NCBI GenBank assembly: GCA_951406725.2
Contig: OX597826.1
Location: 42,842,001-42,906,000, forward strand
Reading direction: 5' to 3'
From: Octopus vulgaris
Taxonomy: Eukaryota
DNA: 64,000 nucleotides
The notes beneath the pieces were generated by a model. The model was not told the DNA's origin, made no database searches, and saw nothing but the letters and a program-made list of their open reading frames with translations. A program made the position numbers and the translations under genes. The stretch's first letter is position 1. Every line of letters begins with the position of its first letter. Below, piece by piece: positions 13,565 to 25,588 of the stretch.

Positions 13565-13950
13565 ATTTCTTTATTGCCCACAAGGGGCTAAACATAGAGG
13601 GGACAAACAAGGACAGACAAACGGATTAAGTCGATTACATCAACCCCAGTGCATAACTGGTACTTTATTTATTGACCCTGAAAGGATGAAAGGCAAAGTT
13701 GACCTCGGTGGAATTTGAACTCAGAACGTAACGGCTGACGAAATACCTATTTCTTTACTACCCATAAGGGGCTAAACAAGGACAGACAAAGGAATTAGGT
13801 CAATTAGATCACCCCAGTGCGTCACTGGTACTTTATTTATCGACCCTGAAAGGATGAAAAGCAAAGTCGACCTCGGTGGAATTTGAACTCAGAACGTAAT
13901 GGCAGACGAAATACCGCTAAGCATTTCGGCTGGCACACTAATGTTTCTGC
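13565..13950 (-). mobile_element. SINE family A tandem dimer nested in a family C SINE
   Basis: Body and tail repeated twice, junction at about 13746; family C sequence resumes on both sides. Confidence 0.75.
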
Positions 13951-14129
13951 CTGCTCGCTGCCATAATGTTTGTCAAACATATATGTATGTGTGTATTTAT
14001 ACGTGTGTGTGTGTGTGTGTGTCTCCTTGCGTAGACAGTCTGATAGTTGTAAATGATTATCACTGTCATATAAGCAGTGTCATTCATTTTCAATATTTCA
14101 TGGAATATCTCTAGCTGTGGAGAAATACT

Positions 14130-14465
14130 GAGACCCCCTTCAGTCATGACTGACCATGGGATTGCACCTAGAAAGTTACCCTCCCAAGCACAAGTCCGGG
14201 CAAGGTTGTTTATGGAAGACCAACAGTCACCCATGCATACCAGCCTCCCCTCACCACGCCACCAGTGTTATCCAAGGGAAAGGCAAAGGCCGATAAAGCT
14301 TGGCATCTGTGACGTCACAACTCATTTCTACAGCTGACTGAACCGGAGCAACGTGAAATAAAGTGTCTTGCTCAAGAACACAACATGCAGCCCGGTCCGG
14401 GATTCAAACTCACAACCTCATGATCGTAAGCTCGATGCTCTAACCACTGAGCCATGCGCCTTCAC
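14130..14465 (-). mobile_element. SINE family E
   Basis: gaccatgggattgcacctagaaagttaccctcc...aaataaagtgtcttgctcaagaacac...taaccactgagccat; copies at about 38575-38912, 49445-49763, 58965-59250 and 59693-59975(+). Confidence 0.75.
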
Positions 14466-14722
14466 TGAGAAATATTACCTTGCTTAGAAACAGCTGAGGG
14501 TTGATGACAGGAAAGGAATCCAGACATAGAAAATCTGGCTCAATAGACCCCATTTGACCCATGCAAGCATGGAAAAATGGACATTAAAACAAAGATATGG
14601 GTTATCTAATGTACAGCTAAATAATCTATCATAATCCTATGTTAACAAATAATTTTATAAATATTTCTTTTGAGAATTTTTTTTATTTTGTTGTAAATAT
14701 TTTTTATAGTTATAGCCTTTAC

Positions 14723-14866
14723 CTGGTACAGTTTCCTTGTGAATTGATAAAGAATGTTTTGTGTTGGCCAAGAACATCACTTCAACATCCACAGAAGAAA
14801 TATCTAATGGGTTGGAGATGAATACCTGGGTCTTCTCATTTTCCCCTTCAACTGTTACACTGTCCC
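14723..14866 (-). CDS. FAT4: Fat-like cadherin exon 16 (laminin-G 2; absent from the ORF track)
   Basis: cag acceptor, gtaaag donor; (G)DSVTVEGENEKTQVFISNPLDISSVDVEVMFLANTKHSLSIHKETVP(G); 144 nt, phase 1 to 1. Confidence 0.83.
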
Positions 14867-15054
14867 CTGTGGAATAAAAAGATAAAATAAGAACTTGATA
14901 CTTTTCATACTGGAATACCTAAAATATTTTTCTTTTTTTTTTTGTAATATATACAAATTTAGAATATTCAGTAGAATTGGTAAAAGGTAAAAAAACCCCC
15001 CAAAGAATGAAAAAAACAAAACATAGATATGCTTAGAAATTCAAGGTGTCATAC

Positions 15055-15175
15055 CTTCCATGTGCACAGAAACTGTATACCAAGAATGGATGGAGACATT
15101 TAATGCCAAGGGAGCACTGGAAACAAAACCATTGTGATTCTGTCCAGCTAAAAACAGAGGTTGACTATTGTTTAC
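15055..15175 (-). CDS. FAT4: Fat-like cadherin exon 15 (laminin-G 2; absent from the ORF track)
   Basis: cag acceptor, gtatga donor; VNNSQPLFLAGQNHNGFVSSAPLALNVSIHSWYTVSVHME(G); 121 nt, needed to bridge phase 0 to 1. Confidence 0.83.
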
Positions 15176-15288
15176 CTGTAAATAAATAGGAAATCGATGT
15201 TTAAATTTTCATGATTGAAATATAAACTGTTGCAACAAAGCAATAAATAAATAAAGATCACCCTTCTCCCATGGTGCGTTTGCGTGTA

Positions 15289-15356
<68 letters not shown>

Positions 15357-16660
15357 TTATAAATTAGGGTATCTACGAGATACCACCATGCTTGTAGATA
15401 CCCTAATTTATAATTTTAATAATTATTACCTTTGATGGTTATTTTTTCCATGCTGACCACTCGATAAAATCATTATTTTATTTTTAAATTAATGATCTTC
15501 TTCATCATCATCATCATCGTTTAACGTCCGCTTTCCATGCTGGCATGGGTATCCTTATTTATATATATATATGTCATCATCATCATTTAATGTCCGCTTT
15601 CCATGCTGGCATGGGTCGGACGATTTGACCGAGGACAGGCAAACCAGTTGCCTGCACCAGGCTCCAATCTGATCTGGCAGACTTTCTACAGCTGGATGCC
15701 CTTCCTAATGCCAACCACTCCGAGAGTGTAGTGGGTGCTTTTTACATGCCACAGGGCCAGTCAGGCAGTACAGGCAATGGCCACGGCCACGCTCAAATGG
15801 TGTTTTTACGTGCCACCTGCACAAGTGCCAATAAGGTGATGCTGGTAATGATCACGCTCGAATGGTGCTTTTTACGTGCCATAGCTGTGTGGTTAAAAAG
15901 TTTGCTTCTCAACCTTGTGACTTCAGGTTTAGTCTCACAGTGTGACATTTGGGCAAATGTCTTATGCTATAGCTCAGAGCCTCATGTGTGCATCTGGCAG
16001 ATGGAACTGAAAGAAGCCCATTGTGTATGTGTGTGTGTGTGTATACATATATATGTATGTATATTTATAAGTGTGTGTGTGTGTTACTGTCTCTTTTTCT
16101 TGACATTGTGTGACAGTTGTAAATGAGTGTCACTGTCATGCAAGTGGCGTCCTTCCTTTCCAATCTTCCATGAACACAATGTCTGGTCATGGGGAAATAT
16201 TACCCAACTTGAAAACAGATGAAGATTGGTGACAGGAAGAGTATTTGGCCATAGGAAATCTGCCCCCACAAATTCTGCCTGACCCACGAAGATATGGAGA
16301 AGTGTATAGTAAATAATGATGGTATATATATATATATATATATGTGGAGGTGCAATGGCCCAGTGGTTAGGGCAGTGGACTCATGGTCGGAGGATTGTGG
16401 TTTCGATTCCCAGACCAGGCATTGTGTGTGTTTATTGAGCAAAAACACCAAAAAGCTCCACGAGGCTCCAGCAGGGGGTAGTGGCGACCCCTGTTGTACT
16501 CTTTCGCCACAACTTTCTCTCACTCTCTCTTCTTGTTTCTTGAGTAACGATGCGATGGATTGGCGTTCTGTTCAGCTGGGGGGAACACATATGCCACAGA
16601 AACCGGGAAACCAGGCCCATGAGCTTGGCTAGACTTGATAAGGGCAACGTTTATCGTTTC

Positions 16661-16691
<31 letters not shown>

Positions 16692-16946
16692 AAATCTGTC
16701 TCTCTCTGTATACATACACACAGGTTTGAATATGAGGCGGTGCAGAAAAGTTCCTAGCGTTGGGTAAAAGAAAATACAGGAAGATCAGTTAATTATGATT
16801 TTATTCAAAGTTTACTGATCACTACAATTGTTTCGACCCATCTAGCATTGATACCTCATGGGTGGGATACTGAACATCTGGTCTAAGTGTATCCATTGGT
16901 GTGTGTGTGTGTGTACTATGGTTTTTTTTTTTGATTTTCATTAAAA

Positions 16947-17276
16947 CAGTGGTTTTCGACTGGGTTCCATACAAGATTTTGCAGGGTTCACACAAGCGAA
17001 ATAGTAAATCAGATTCACAATAGTATTTTATGGGTCCATGGAAAAGTTTTGCTTTAGATGTATTTACTGCAAGATACAGCTAGGTTTCTTTCTCTGATGT
17101 TTCACATTGTTCAATCTATACAAATGAATGCGTGATAGACAAAATAGGAATTATCAAGTAAGTATCTATAAAACTAGATTTTTAAACATTGAATGGCTTT
17201 TGGGGTCCACCAGAATAAAGTAGTACTGAAAGAGGTTCTTAGATAAAGCAAAAAAAAAAATGGTCGAGAACCAGAG
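16947..17276. mobile_element. hAT-like MITE
   Basis: Ends cagtggttttcgac / gtcgagaaccagag, with imperfect 8-bp flanks cattaaaa / cattagag. Confidence 0.6.
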
Positions 17277-17330
17277 CATTAGAGTATCAAAATTTAATTA
17301 TTCTTTGGAGAAAATGTAAAAGATATTTAC

Positions 17331-17542
17331 CATCAGAAGGATGAACTTTTTCTTATTATCTGCATACCATAAGAGTCCAGATTTCTTTAAAATACGGAAT
17401 TTGATACTAATTGTATTAGCCTTTAGAACACTACGTTTTTGACGGAATCTTGAGTTTGATTTTAGAAACTCGTCACGATAGTAAGTCTCTCGTCTACTAA
17501 ATTCAACACGAGCTCCAGGTCCAAATGAAAATGGTTTCCATT
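17331..17542 (-). CDS. FAT4: Fat-like cadherin exon 14 (start of laminin-G 2; absent from the ORF track)
   Basis: Polypyrimidine-cag acceptor, gtaaat donor; (K)WKPFSFGPGARVEF...SRFRQKRSVLKANTISIKFRILKKSGLLWYA...FILLM; 212 nt, phase 1 to 0. Confidence 0.88.
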
Positions 17543-18216
17543 CTGAAAAAAGAAGAAAATATTTTGGTCAGCTTTTATTTAAAACTAGCTGAAAATTGCC
17601 AGGCAATTTTTACAATAGAATGTCTTGTATAAATTTTTATTTATTCTGAGAATGCCTTCCCTGACAGATAAGCCTCTTAATTTAGAACAGATTTGTGTAA
17701 TTTTTTGCCAAAAAACTTCCTTGAGGACTTTTTTCCTTTTTAAATTATTTACATGTCTGTTCGACCATTTTACATGACTTTATTCATTAAAACTTCAGAA
17801 GTTTTTACAACTTTGGTTGTCGTAATGCTTTGCTCTGGTTTGTTTAATAAAAATTCCTCCTCCTAATGATTTTACTTTCATTTTGTGATAGACAGCTATC
17901 ATGTAGAAAATGCCAGCTTCCAAATCCTGTTCTCTGATTAGGTAAAATAGATTAAACTTTAAACTTCAGTAACATTTTTCTGGAACAAATAAATAACAAA
18001 TTGGATTTAACGTGGAAAATTATTTCTACCAAATTTGGAAAATTTTGATGTAATTTTAAAATCTCAATATGTGACAGCAACAGGGAAGACCCTACAAAAG
18101 TTGAGAGACACAGTTATAGGACATGACACAAACTCATTTACAAATACACACACACAGAAAATCACGAGTTTAAAATGGTGCATAGTAGACATATGTATGT
18201 GTGTGTGCGTGTCTGA

Positions 18217-18934
18217 GTGGAAGGAAGGTGTGGAGCATGTGAGCGTCGCTTTGAACATGACAGAGAAAGTTGAGCAGAGAATCTGTATCAAATTTTGCCA
18301 AAAACTTGGCGATACCTCTTCAGAGGCCTACACAAAGTTTTCAAAAGGCTTTCATCGTTCTCGACACAATCAAGGAGATCCTGTGCAACTGAAACCAGAG
18401 TGTCTTTTTGGCCAACTGAAAGCAGTTTTGATACAAACTGGGCGGACACATATCTCATACCCAAATATTCAGTGATAATGGACTGAACTGAACCATAACT
18501 AATCTGTACATCCTCTGATAACTCATGGATGGTGATTTGACAATTTCCCCTCATAGCTGCATGCACATCGATGATGTTTTTCTCAGTTCTGCTGATTGCA
18601 GGTTCCCCAGAACATTCGTCCAATATCGACATTTTTTCAGCCATCTTGGAAATGTCTGAACCACTCGTACACTCCTCTCCATACACTTTCTGCAACTTTG
18701 CATAGGCCTCTGAGTAGGTATCGCCATGACAACTTTCTCTGTTGTGGTCAATGCGATGATCACACGCTACACATCTTCCTTCCAAGCACTGCTGTAAACA
18801 AAGCTAGAATGTTAAAACTTAGTGTGTATGCATAGTAAGAGTTCAAGGTCAATCTGTGCCAAGCAGCTTCACTCTGCATGCTTTTAGTTTCTTTACTATG
18901 GCAACAGTTCGGATACTTATTGATCAGATCACAT
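18217..18934. mobile_element. Tc1/mariner (mariner-type) transposase relic, two 5' halves in inverted orientation
   Basis: The plus strand from about 18257 encodes MTEKVEQRICIKFCQKLGDTSSEAY. The minus strand encodes ..SEAYAKLQKVYGEEC..SGEPAISRT..ITIHELSEDVQISYGSVQSIITEYLGMRYVSAQFVSKLL, resembling mariner HTH domains and a WVPxxL-like linker. The element end abuts a TA/TG run near 18934. Confidence 0.85.
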
Positions 18935-18935
18935 A

Positions 18936-18971
<36 letters not shown>

Positions 18972-19009
18972 CACACACACACACATAAGTATATATATAT
19001 ATACATAAG

Positions 19010-19042
<33 letters not shown>

Positions 19043-19330
19043 ATATGTATACATACAAAATGTGTGTATACACATATATATACAAACATATTTATATATG
19101 TGTGTATATATATATATGTATACATACATAAATGTGTGTGTATATACATATTTATACATACATATTTTTATATATATATATGTATACATACATATGTGTG
19201 TATATACATATTTTTATACATACATACATAAATGTGTGTGCGTATATACATATTATATATACATATAATATGTATGCATATTATATATACATACATATTT
19301 ATATATACATATATATATGTATATATATAT
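18935..19330. repeat. Compound (TA)/(TG)/(CA) microsatellite
   Basis: About 400 bp of mixed dinucleotide and TACA repeats. Confidence 0.95.
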
Positions 19331-20818
19331 AAAATCCTACTATGCATTTAATGCTCTATGGAGTGTACTACCCCTTTATATTGATATTTGACTAAACTGT
19401 TAAACTATCTATCTACAGAGTTGTTATTCTGTTACCATTCCATTCATGAACCTTAATCTTTCACCTTTACTTTTCCCCAACAGTATTAAACTACCAGCTA
19501 CGACCTGATTATAAAACTTTGCGCCAACAACAAACACATCAGCCCATTCTAATTACATTTTTATACCACATCTCCAGTTAACAACCCTAATATACAAATA
19601 TACAGACCCCTTCTCCCAAATCCACATTTACACCAAATGGCTGATAACAAATCCTACATAGTATCTTATTTCTTTGTATATGACCTATATTGTGTAGGAA
19701 GAGTGAACAACTGTAGTTATTTAACGAAATATTCAATCACATAATGTTTAAGACACACAGCTCCAATGTTCCAACCCACACCAAAGAAACTAAACTGCTA
19801 ATTCTAAAAGAAATTTATGATAAATCAGAACCTTTAAAAACACTACACTTAAAATGTCAATTCATGGCCAGCCTCATTATACTGGGTTTGGTTGCCTTTT
19901 GCAAAGCTTATTAACTTATTAAAAGTTTCATTAATAATCTTTGCAATATTTACTTTTTAGCTCATCTGACCCAGTTCAGTGTTTTCTAATTCTGATGTTG
20001 TATTCCTGCCTTTGAATAAATTGCTGGAGACACATGGCCTAGTGGTTAGAGCAGTGGACTCGCGGTCGAGGGATTGTGGGTTTGACTTTCAGACTGGCGG
20101 ATGTGTGTTTATGAGCGGCTCCGGCAGAAGGTAATGGCGAACTTCTGCTGACTTTTTCGCCACAACTTTCTGTCACTCTTTCCTCCTGCATCTTGCAGTT
20201 CACCTATATCATCATCATCTACACTAGCGTGACAGAGAAGCCAGGTCGTACCTGTAATAAACCCAATTCTTAGATATGGATGGGTGCGTTCGACCGTGCG
20301 CGGGGCAATATATATATATATATATATATATATTGTATGTGTGTTTGTGTTTTTGCATTTATATTTGTCTCCCGCTGCTCAACAACTATGTGATGTTGAA
20401 GTAAACAAACCAACAGCAGTGGTTTGGCAAATGAGACCAATAAGGTAACTACAAAATTTAAAAAGATCAATCCCTTGCGAGTAGATTTGGTAGAAACTTG
20501 ACATACATACATCATCATCATTGTTTAACGTCCATTTTCCATGCTAGCATGGGTTGGACAGTTCAACTGGGGTCTGGGAAGCCAGAAGGCTGCGCCATGC
20601 CCAGTCTGATCTGGCAGTGTTTCTACAGCTGGATGCCCTTTCTAACGCTAACCACTCCGTGAGTGTAGTGGGTGCTTTTTACGTGCCACCTGCACAGGTG
20701 CCAGACAAGGCTGGCAAACGGCCACGACCGGATGGTGCTTTTTATGTGCCACCGGCATGGGGGCAAACAGCCACGATTGGATGGTGCTTTTTACGTGCCA
20801 CCGGCACATGCATGCATG

Positions 20819-20853
<35 letters not shown>

Positions 20854-20884
20854 CTGAAAATAATGAAAATGTGAAAAAACTTAC

Positions 20885-21189
20885 TCTCTTCACACATTTT
20901 GCCCATGTATTCTGGAGAACATTGGCACTTAAATGTAGTCCATTTATCAAGACAAATCCCACCATTTCTGCAGGGATTACTTTTACATGGTCCAGCAATA
21001 TTTTCTCGTAGACATTCCTTCTTTATTCCAGTAGATCTTCGTGGTTCAAGCTGAATCATATCCACCCCATTCACAATAAAACTGCGCATACATCCAATAA
21101 AATCATGTGATTGAACTTGATTGCTTCGAATTACATATTGTGCAGGAATTCCACCAATGTATAGATTACCACCATGAAGTTGTAAATTC
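20885..21189 (-). CDS. FAT4: Fat-like cadherin exon 13 (end of laminin-G 1 plus EGF)
   Basis: cag acceptor, gtaagt donor; NLQLHGGNLYIGG...FIGCMR...CKSNPCRNGGIC...CEE; 305 nt, phase 2 to 1. Confidence 0.93.
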
Positions 21190-21270
21190 CTGTAATGGTA
21201 GAAATACGAAATATATTTCAATAATGTGTGTGCAAATAACATAGTTTAATGATAACTATACTAACAAATG

Positions 21271-21326
21271 ATGGCCACGACTGAGTTTCATGTAAATTCG
21301 ACACCCTACATTCATCAGATAAGCAC
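21271..21326 (-). ncRNA. Minimal type I hammerhead ribozyme motif (left arm of palindrome, sense to the Fat pre-mRNA)
   Basis: Minus strand reads gcttat CUGAUGA atgtagg...tttacat GAAAC tca GUC gtggcc; core intact, stem I weak and G-U rich. Confidence 0.6.
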
Positions 21327-21355
21327 AGTATGGAACTAAATTTAGATCCATAAAT

Positions 21356-21411
21356 ATGCCCATCTGATGAGTGTAGGACATCAAATTTACATGAAACTCA
21401 GTCATGGCCAT
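21356..21411 (+). ncRNA. Minimal type I hammerhead ribozyme motif (right arm of palindrome)
   Basis: Stem I atgcccat/atggccat (one mismatch); CUGAUGA 21364-21370; stem II gtgtagg/tttacat; GAAAC 21393-21397; loop tca; GUC 21401-21403. Confidence 0.75.
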
Positions 21412-21788
21412 CACAAGAAATTTTGTTTGTACAGCTGACACTAAACTATATTATATACCTCACTATATTCATAGAGTTGATTGCTCTTTGCTTTGACTAA
21501 GAACCACAAATTATCATATATATATAAAGCAAATCTTAATTGAATGTAAAATGTGTTATTGATAAAAATATTGTATTGATAAAAACAAAATTTCTTAGAA
21601 TAAATAAACAACATTTATTGAAGCAAACATTAGTCTTAATTATATTGATCCAGACTGCATTAGAAACAGGAGGAAAAATGGGGAACTTTTATCAATTGTC
21701 ATGATGTCATGATTTTGTAACTGAGATATCAGATAGACTAGAAAAAATTTAACAAAATATAACAAGAAGAGGAAACTTATAGGCTTAC

Positions 21789-21886
21789 TCATATTTCAGT
21801 TCTCCTTGGTTTGAACATGTTTTGCTTTCATCACAACCACTGCATTGGTTATTTGAAGAACATTTATGAACTGATATATGGACATT
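21789..21886 (-). CDS. FAT4: Fat-like cadherin exon 12 (98 nt, Cys-rich loop within laminin-G 1; absent from the ORF track)
   Basis: tag acceptor, gtaagc donor; NVHISVHKCSSNNQCSGCDESKTCSNQGELKY(E); bridges phase 0 to 2. Confidence 0.85.
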
Positions 21887-23724
21887 CTACAATGGAAACC
21901 AAAACAAAATATATTTTACTACTATATCTATTTAACCATCTACTATATGGTAGAAGAAATAGAAAAATAAACAATATGATTGATATTTTGAACCAGCTTT
22001 TAAAATTCCTACAGCTGTTTCAATAACAACCTTATAGATACAACTATTAAAAAAAAACTACAGTAAGTTATACAACATAATTATCAATAATAGTTATATG
22101 ACATAATTTTTTTATAACAAGCAATTGCTATTATAATCACAATATATAGAAGTTACATAAGAGCTGTCTCATTAGGAAGGTTTTAAAATACACACACACA
22201 AAATGTATGTTTTACAACAAATTGCATAAGTATTTTCATCAACAGGTATATACCAAAGAAACTAGTCAGGTAACATCTCTTTTTATATAAAAAGGAACAG
22301 TCTATAATTTGTAAAAATTTATACTATTAATAAAAAGCATGTTCGACCTTATAAATCAGAATTCCATGAAATATTATTATTTTCTAAACTTTAATGACTT
22401 AATTGATACTTGGATTAGCCTCATATGGAAGCTATAGGAGTTTTAGAACATTGGAAATATAACAATTTAAAAAAATTTTCAAAGAAGTAATGGATAATTT
22501 AGCTCATGCCCTCATACTGACCACAATTAGCCATTGTACTTAGTCTTACAGAAATAACAATCACAGCAGTTTGAGCAAAAAGACGTTAATAATAAAAATA
22601 ATAAAATCTTCCTTTATATTTAAAACAAATGGTATTAAAATGTAAACATGAAATGAATTGTACATTTTAATATATTAGGAATAATCATTTTCATTCCCAT
22701 AATACTAAATTCTATGAATATTCTCAACAAATCATAAATGTACTGGTACTTTATACTTTCTTATAGTTGTTTTGTATTTTAGCTACCCTCACTGTTTTGA
22801 ATCCTATCAATCTTAGCTGTTTTGGATTTCAGCTACCCAAGCTGTTTTGCAATGATGCTTGCTAAGGAAATCTCAGTTCATCAATAAAATAGAATTGTCA
22901 AAATGTACGATGATGGTGATAATGTTCATGATTCAGAAAGCGAATAGTCTCATGGAGAGCATGGAAGACTAGGTGTCTTGTTGACCTATACACACAAAGA
23001 TATGGTTACATCTGAATCCAAAAAGAAAAGGATAAAAAATAAATTACATTTCTATAATCAATTTAAAAAGAAATCTAAATACAAATATGACGTAAATGTT
23101 GCTAAATTCTAATTCTTTTGCTTCACAACCACATAGTTTTGGGTTCAATCACAATGAATAGCATCTTGAGCAAGTGGAATTTGTTGGGCAGTGAGAAGCA
23201 TTGTGAACACTTTGCATGACTAAAAATAAGGTCTGTCAAAGGACAGATGAGCTCATCCACATGAATGGTGTCTTGTAAAAGCATCCTGTGCATGGGCTGG
23301 CAAACTGTGCAAGTGGTCCCAGATCATGGCCATGGAAACTTGGATGAAAGACACACTGTGGTCTCGAGTTGGAGTCGATGTCCATGAGTGATGTGGCATA
23401 GAAAGAGAAGTGTATGTGCTTGTCTTGTCATTACACGCTAGCTGTAAGTGAGAATCACTGTCATACAAGCAGCATCATTCATTTCCAATAATTCTGCAAC
23501 AACTTGTCTGGCCATGTGAAAATATTACCAAACTTGGAAATATATAGGTAAGAGCTGATGACAAGGAGGGCATCTGGATGTAGAAAATCTATTTCAATAA
23601 ACTCTGTCTACTCCATGCAAGTATGTGAAGTGGGTATTGAAATGATGGTGATAAAATGATTTGAGACATTTTAATTAAAATATTATAACAGAGAGATAAA
23701 TGGAATAAAATGAAAATAACTTAC

Positions 23725-25463
23725 TCTGCGAATTCTCAACACTTCTACTTTATACCAATTGCCATCGTTAATTGTATATGGAATATAGAGATTGAGAACA
23801 GATGCACTTCCAGTAGAGATAGACAGTCGAACCTGTCCATTGATAATTTCCAAAGCTATGAAACTCTCTACTGTTTGACTGAGGGAGGGATTGACTGGGT
23901 TGTAAAGTAGTAGTGCATTAGACATTTTTGTAGCAAGGTGTACAGTAATATTGTTGTAATTCTCGGCGATAGTTGGAAATTCCAGAAACGATAATTCTTC
24001 AAACCTGTAAGCTGACTTTGAACAAGATTGTCCCCATTTATTGTAAGGACATTGGCAGATAAATCCGTCACGGTTATTTTTACAGACACCTTCATTCTGA
24101 CATGGGTTTGGTTGACAGTAATTAATTCCTGTCTCACAGTATATTCCTAAGAATCCTTTCTGGCAGACACACTTGAAAGAACCATCTGTATTTTCACAAG
24201 TACCATGTTGGCAAGGGTTTTGTTTGCATTCATTGATATCTTTAGTACAAGTTGGACCAGTCCAGCCGGACAAACACTGGCAGTAAGATTTACTGTAGGA
24301 TGAGATAACACATGCACCACCATTGTGGCAATAGACATCTCCACATTGGGTTTCTTGGATCTGACAAAGTGTTCCTGTATAACCCACAGAACATTTGCAG
24401 ATAAAGTCAGTTATGTTTGGTCCACTCATAATTTGTCTGTTGGTAGCTATAATATTCCAGTTACTACTGACCACTAATTGATCAACACATGAACCACCAT
24501 TGTAGCAGGGGTTAACTGCACATAGTGAATGACCCAAAATTATATTGGTTGCTAAACCCTGCTGTAATTCATTCTTGTTTGCTGCAATCATTTCTTGTAG
24601 CAACTGTTTTGAGATGGGTTTTCCATTTCTGTCTAAAGTCATTATAAAAACATCAAGATCGTTACCAGTTTGCTTAATGCTAAAGATTTTACTTTCCCAA
24701 TCAGATTCCAGATTATTATTTAAATTCTTCAAAAACTTGGAATAGAGCTTTGTAAGAAACCTTTTTTCAGTCAAGTTTACTAACTTCACAGTCAAAGAAT
24801 CCTTTAGTGTTTCATTAGTAAGAAAAGCAAAATTAACTGTAATATTGTAGACAACTTCTGAGTGAATACCATCATGCCCACTGATAGTAAGCCAATGGTC
24901 ACTAGATACAGGTTCACGGAGAACTTCTAAGTAACAGTGTTCAGTAATTTTGAAGATCTCAGCACTCATTTGAAGAATACGACACGAATAATCTCCAGTT
25001 ATATCATTGTCTAAAGGCTTCACATCCCCAACAAATTGAGTTGGTGACTGGTTTTGGAATAAACTTAACTGAATATTGAGTTTCCTTTGCCTCGAAGGAC
25101 TGTCATTGACATCTTGTACTAGAACAGTAAAAGACAAACTTGACGTCATTGTTGGTTTACCATTATCTGTCACAGTGACACTTACAGAGAATCTGGAAAT
25201 TTTTTCACGATCTAAAGCTGTGTTTGTTGTAACCAAACCTGTTTTGGATATTTTAACATATGACTTTGAATTTTTATCATCTTGGAAGAAATAGTAAGGG
25301 TCAGTGTTTGGCAGGAGGTCACAATCTTCAGTGAAATCTGCTAATGATATCACACTGGTTCCAATGGCTGCATTCTCTTTGACAAAAGCTGCCAATGAAC
25401 CGTTAGAGAAAGTTGGGGAGCAGTCATTCACATCAAGAATGCGAATCTTTATAGTTGTTGTTC
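23725..25463 (-). CDS. FAT4: Fat-like cadherin exon 11 (last cadherin repeats, linker, EGF repeats, start of laminin-G 1)
   Basis: tag acceptor, gtaagt donor; (G)TTTIKIRILDVNDCSP...CAVNPCYNGGSC...DINECKQNPCQHGTC...INDGNWYKVEVLRIRR; 1739 nt, phase 1 to 0. Confidence 0.95.
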
Positions 25464-25588
25464 CTACAAGAGAAATGAAATTATAAAGGTAAATAAACTT
25501 TTAAACAAATGCCATTTTATAGTTTTACTTCAAATTTAAAAAAAAAACAAAACTATCATTCGATATGTTATACAGAATTCAAATTTTA

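Noticed and set aside
18760-19332. Several Y/I/H/C/V-rich ORFs
   Set aside because: These are translations of compound TA/TG/CA repeats.
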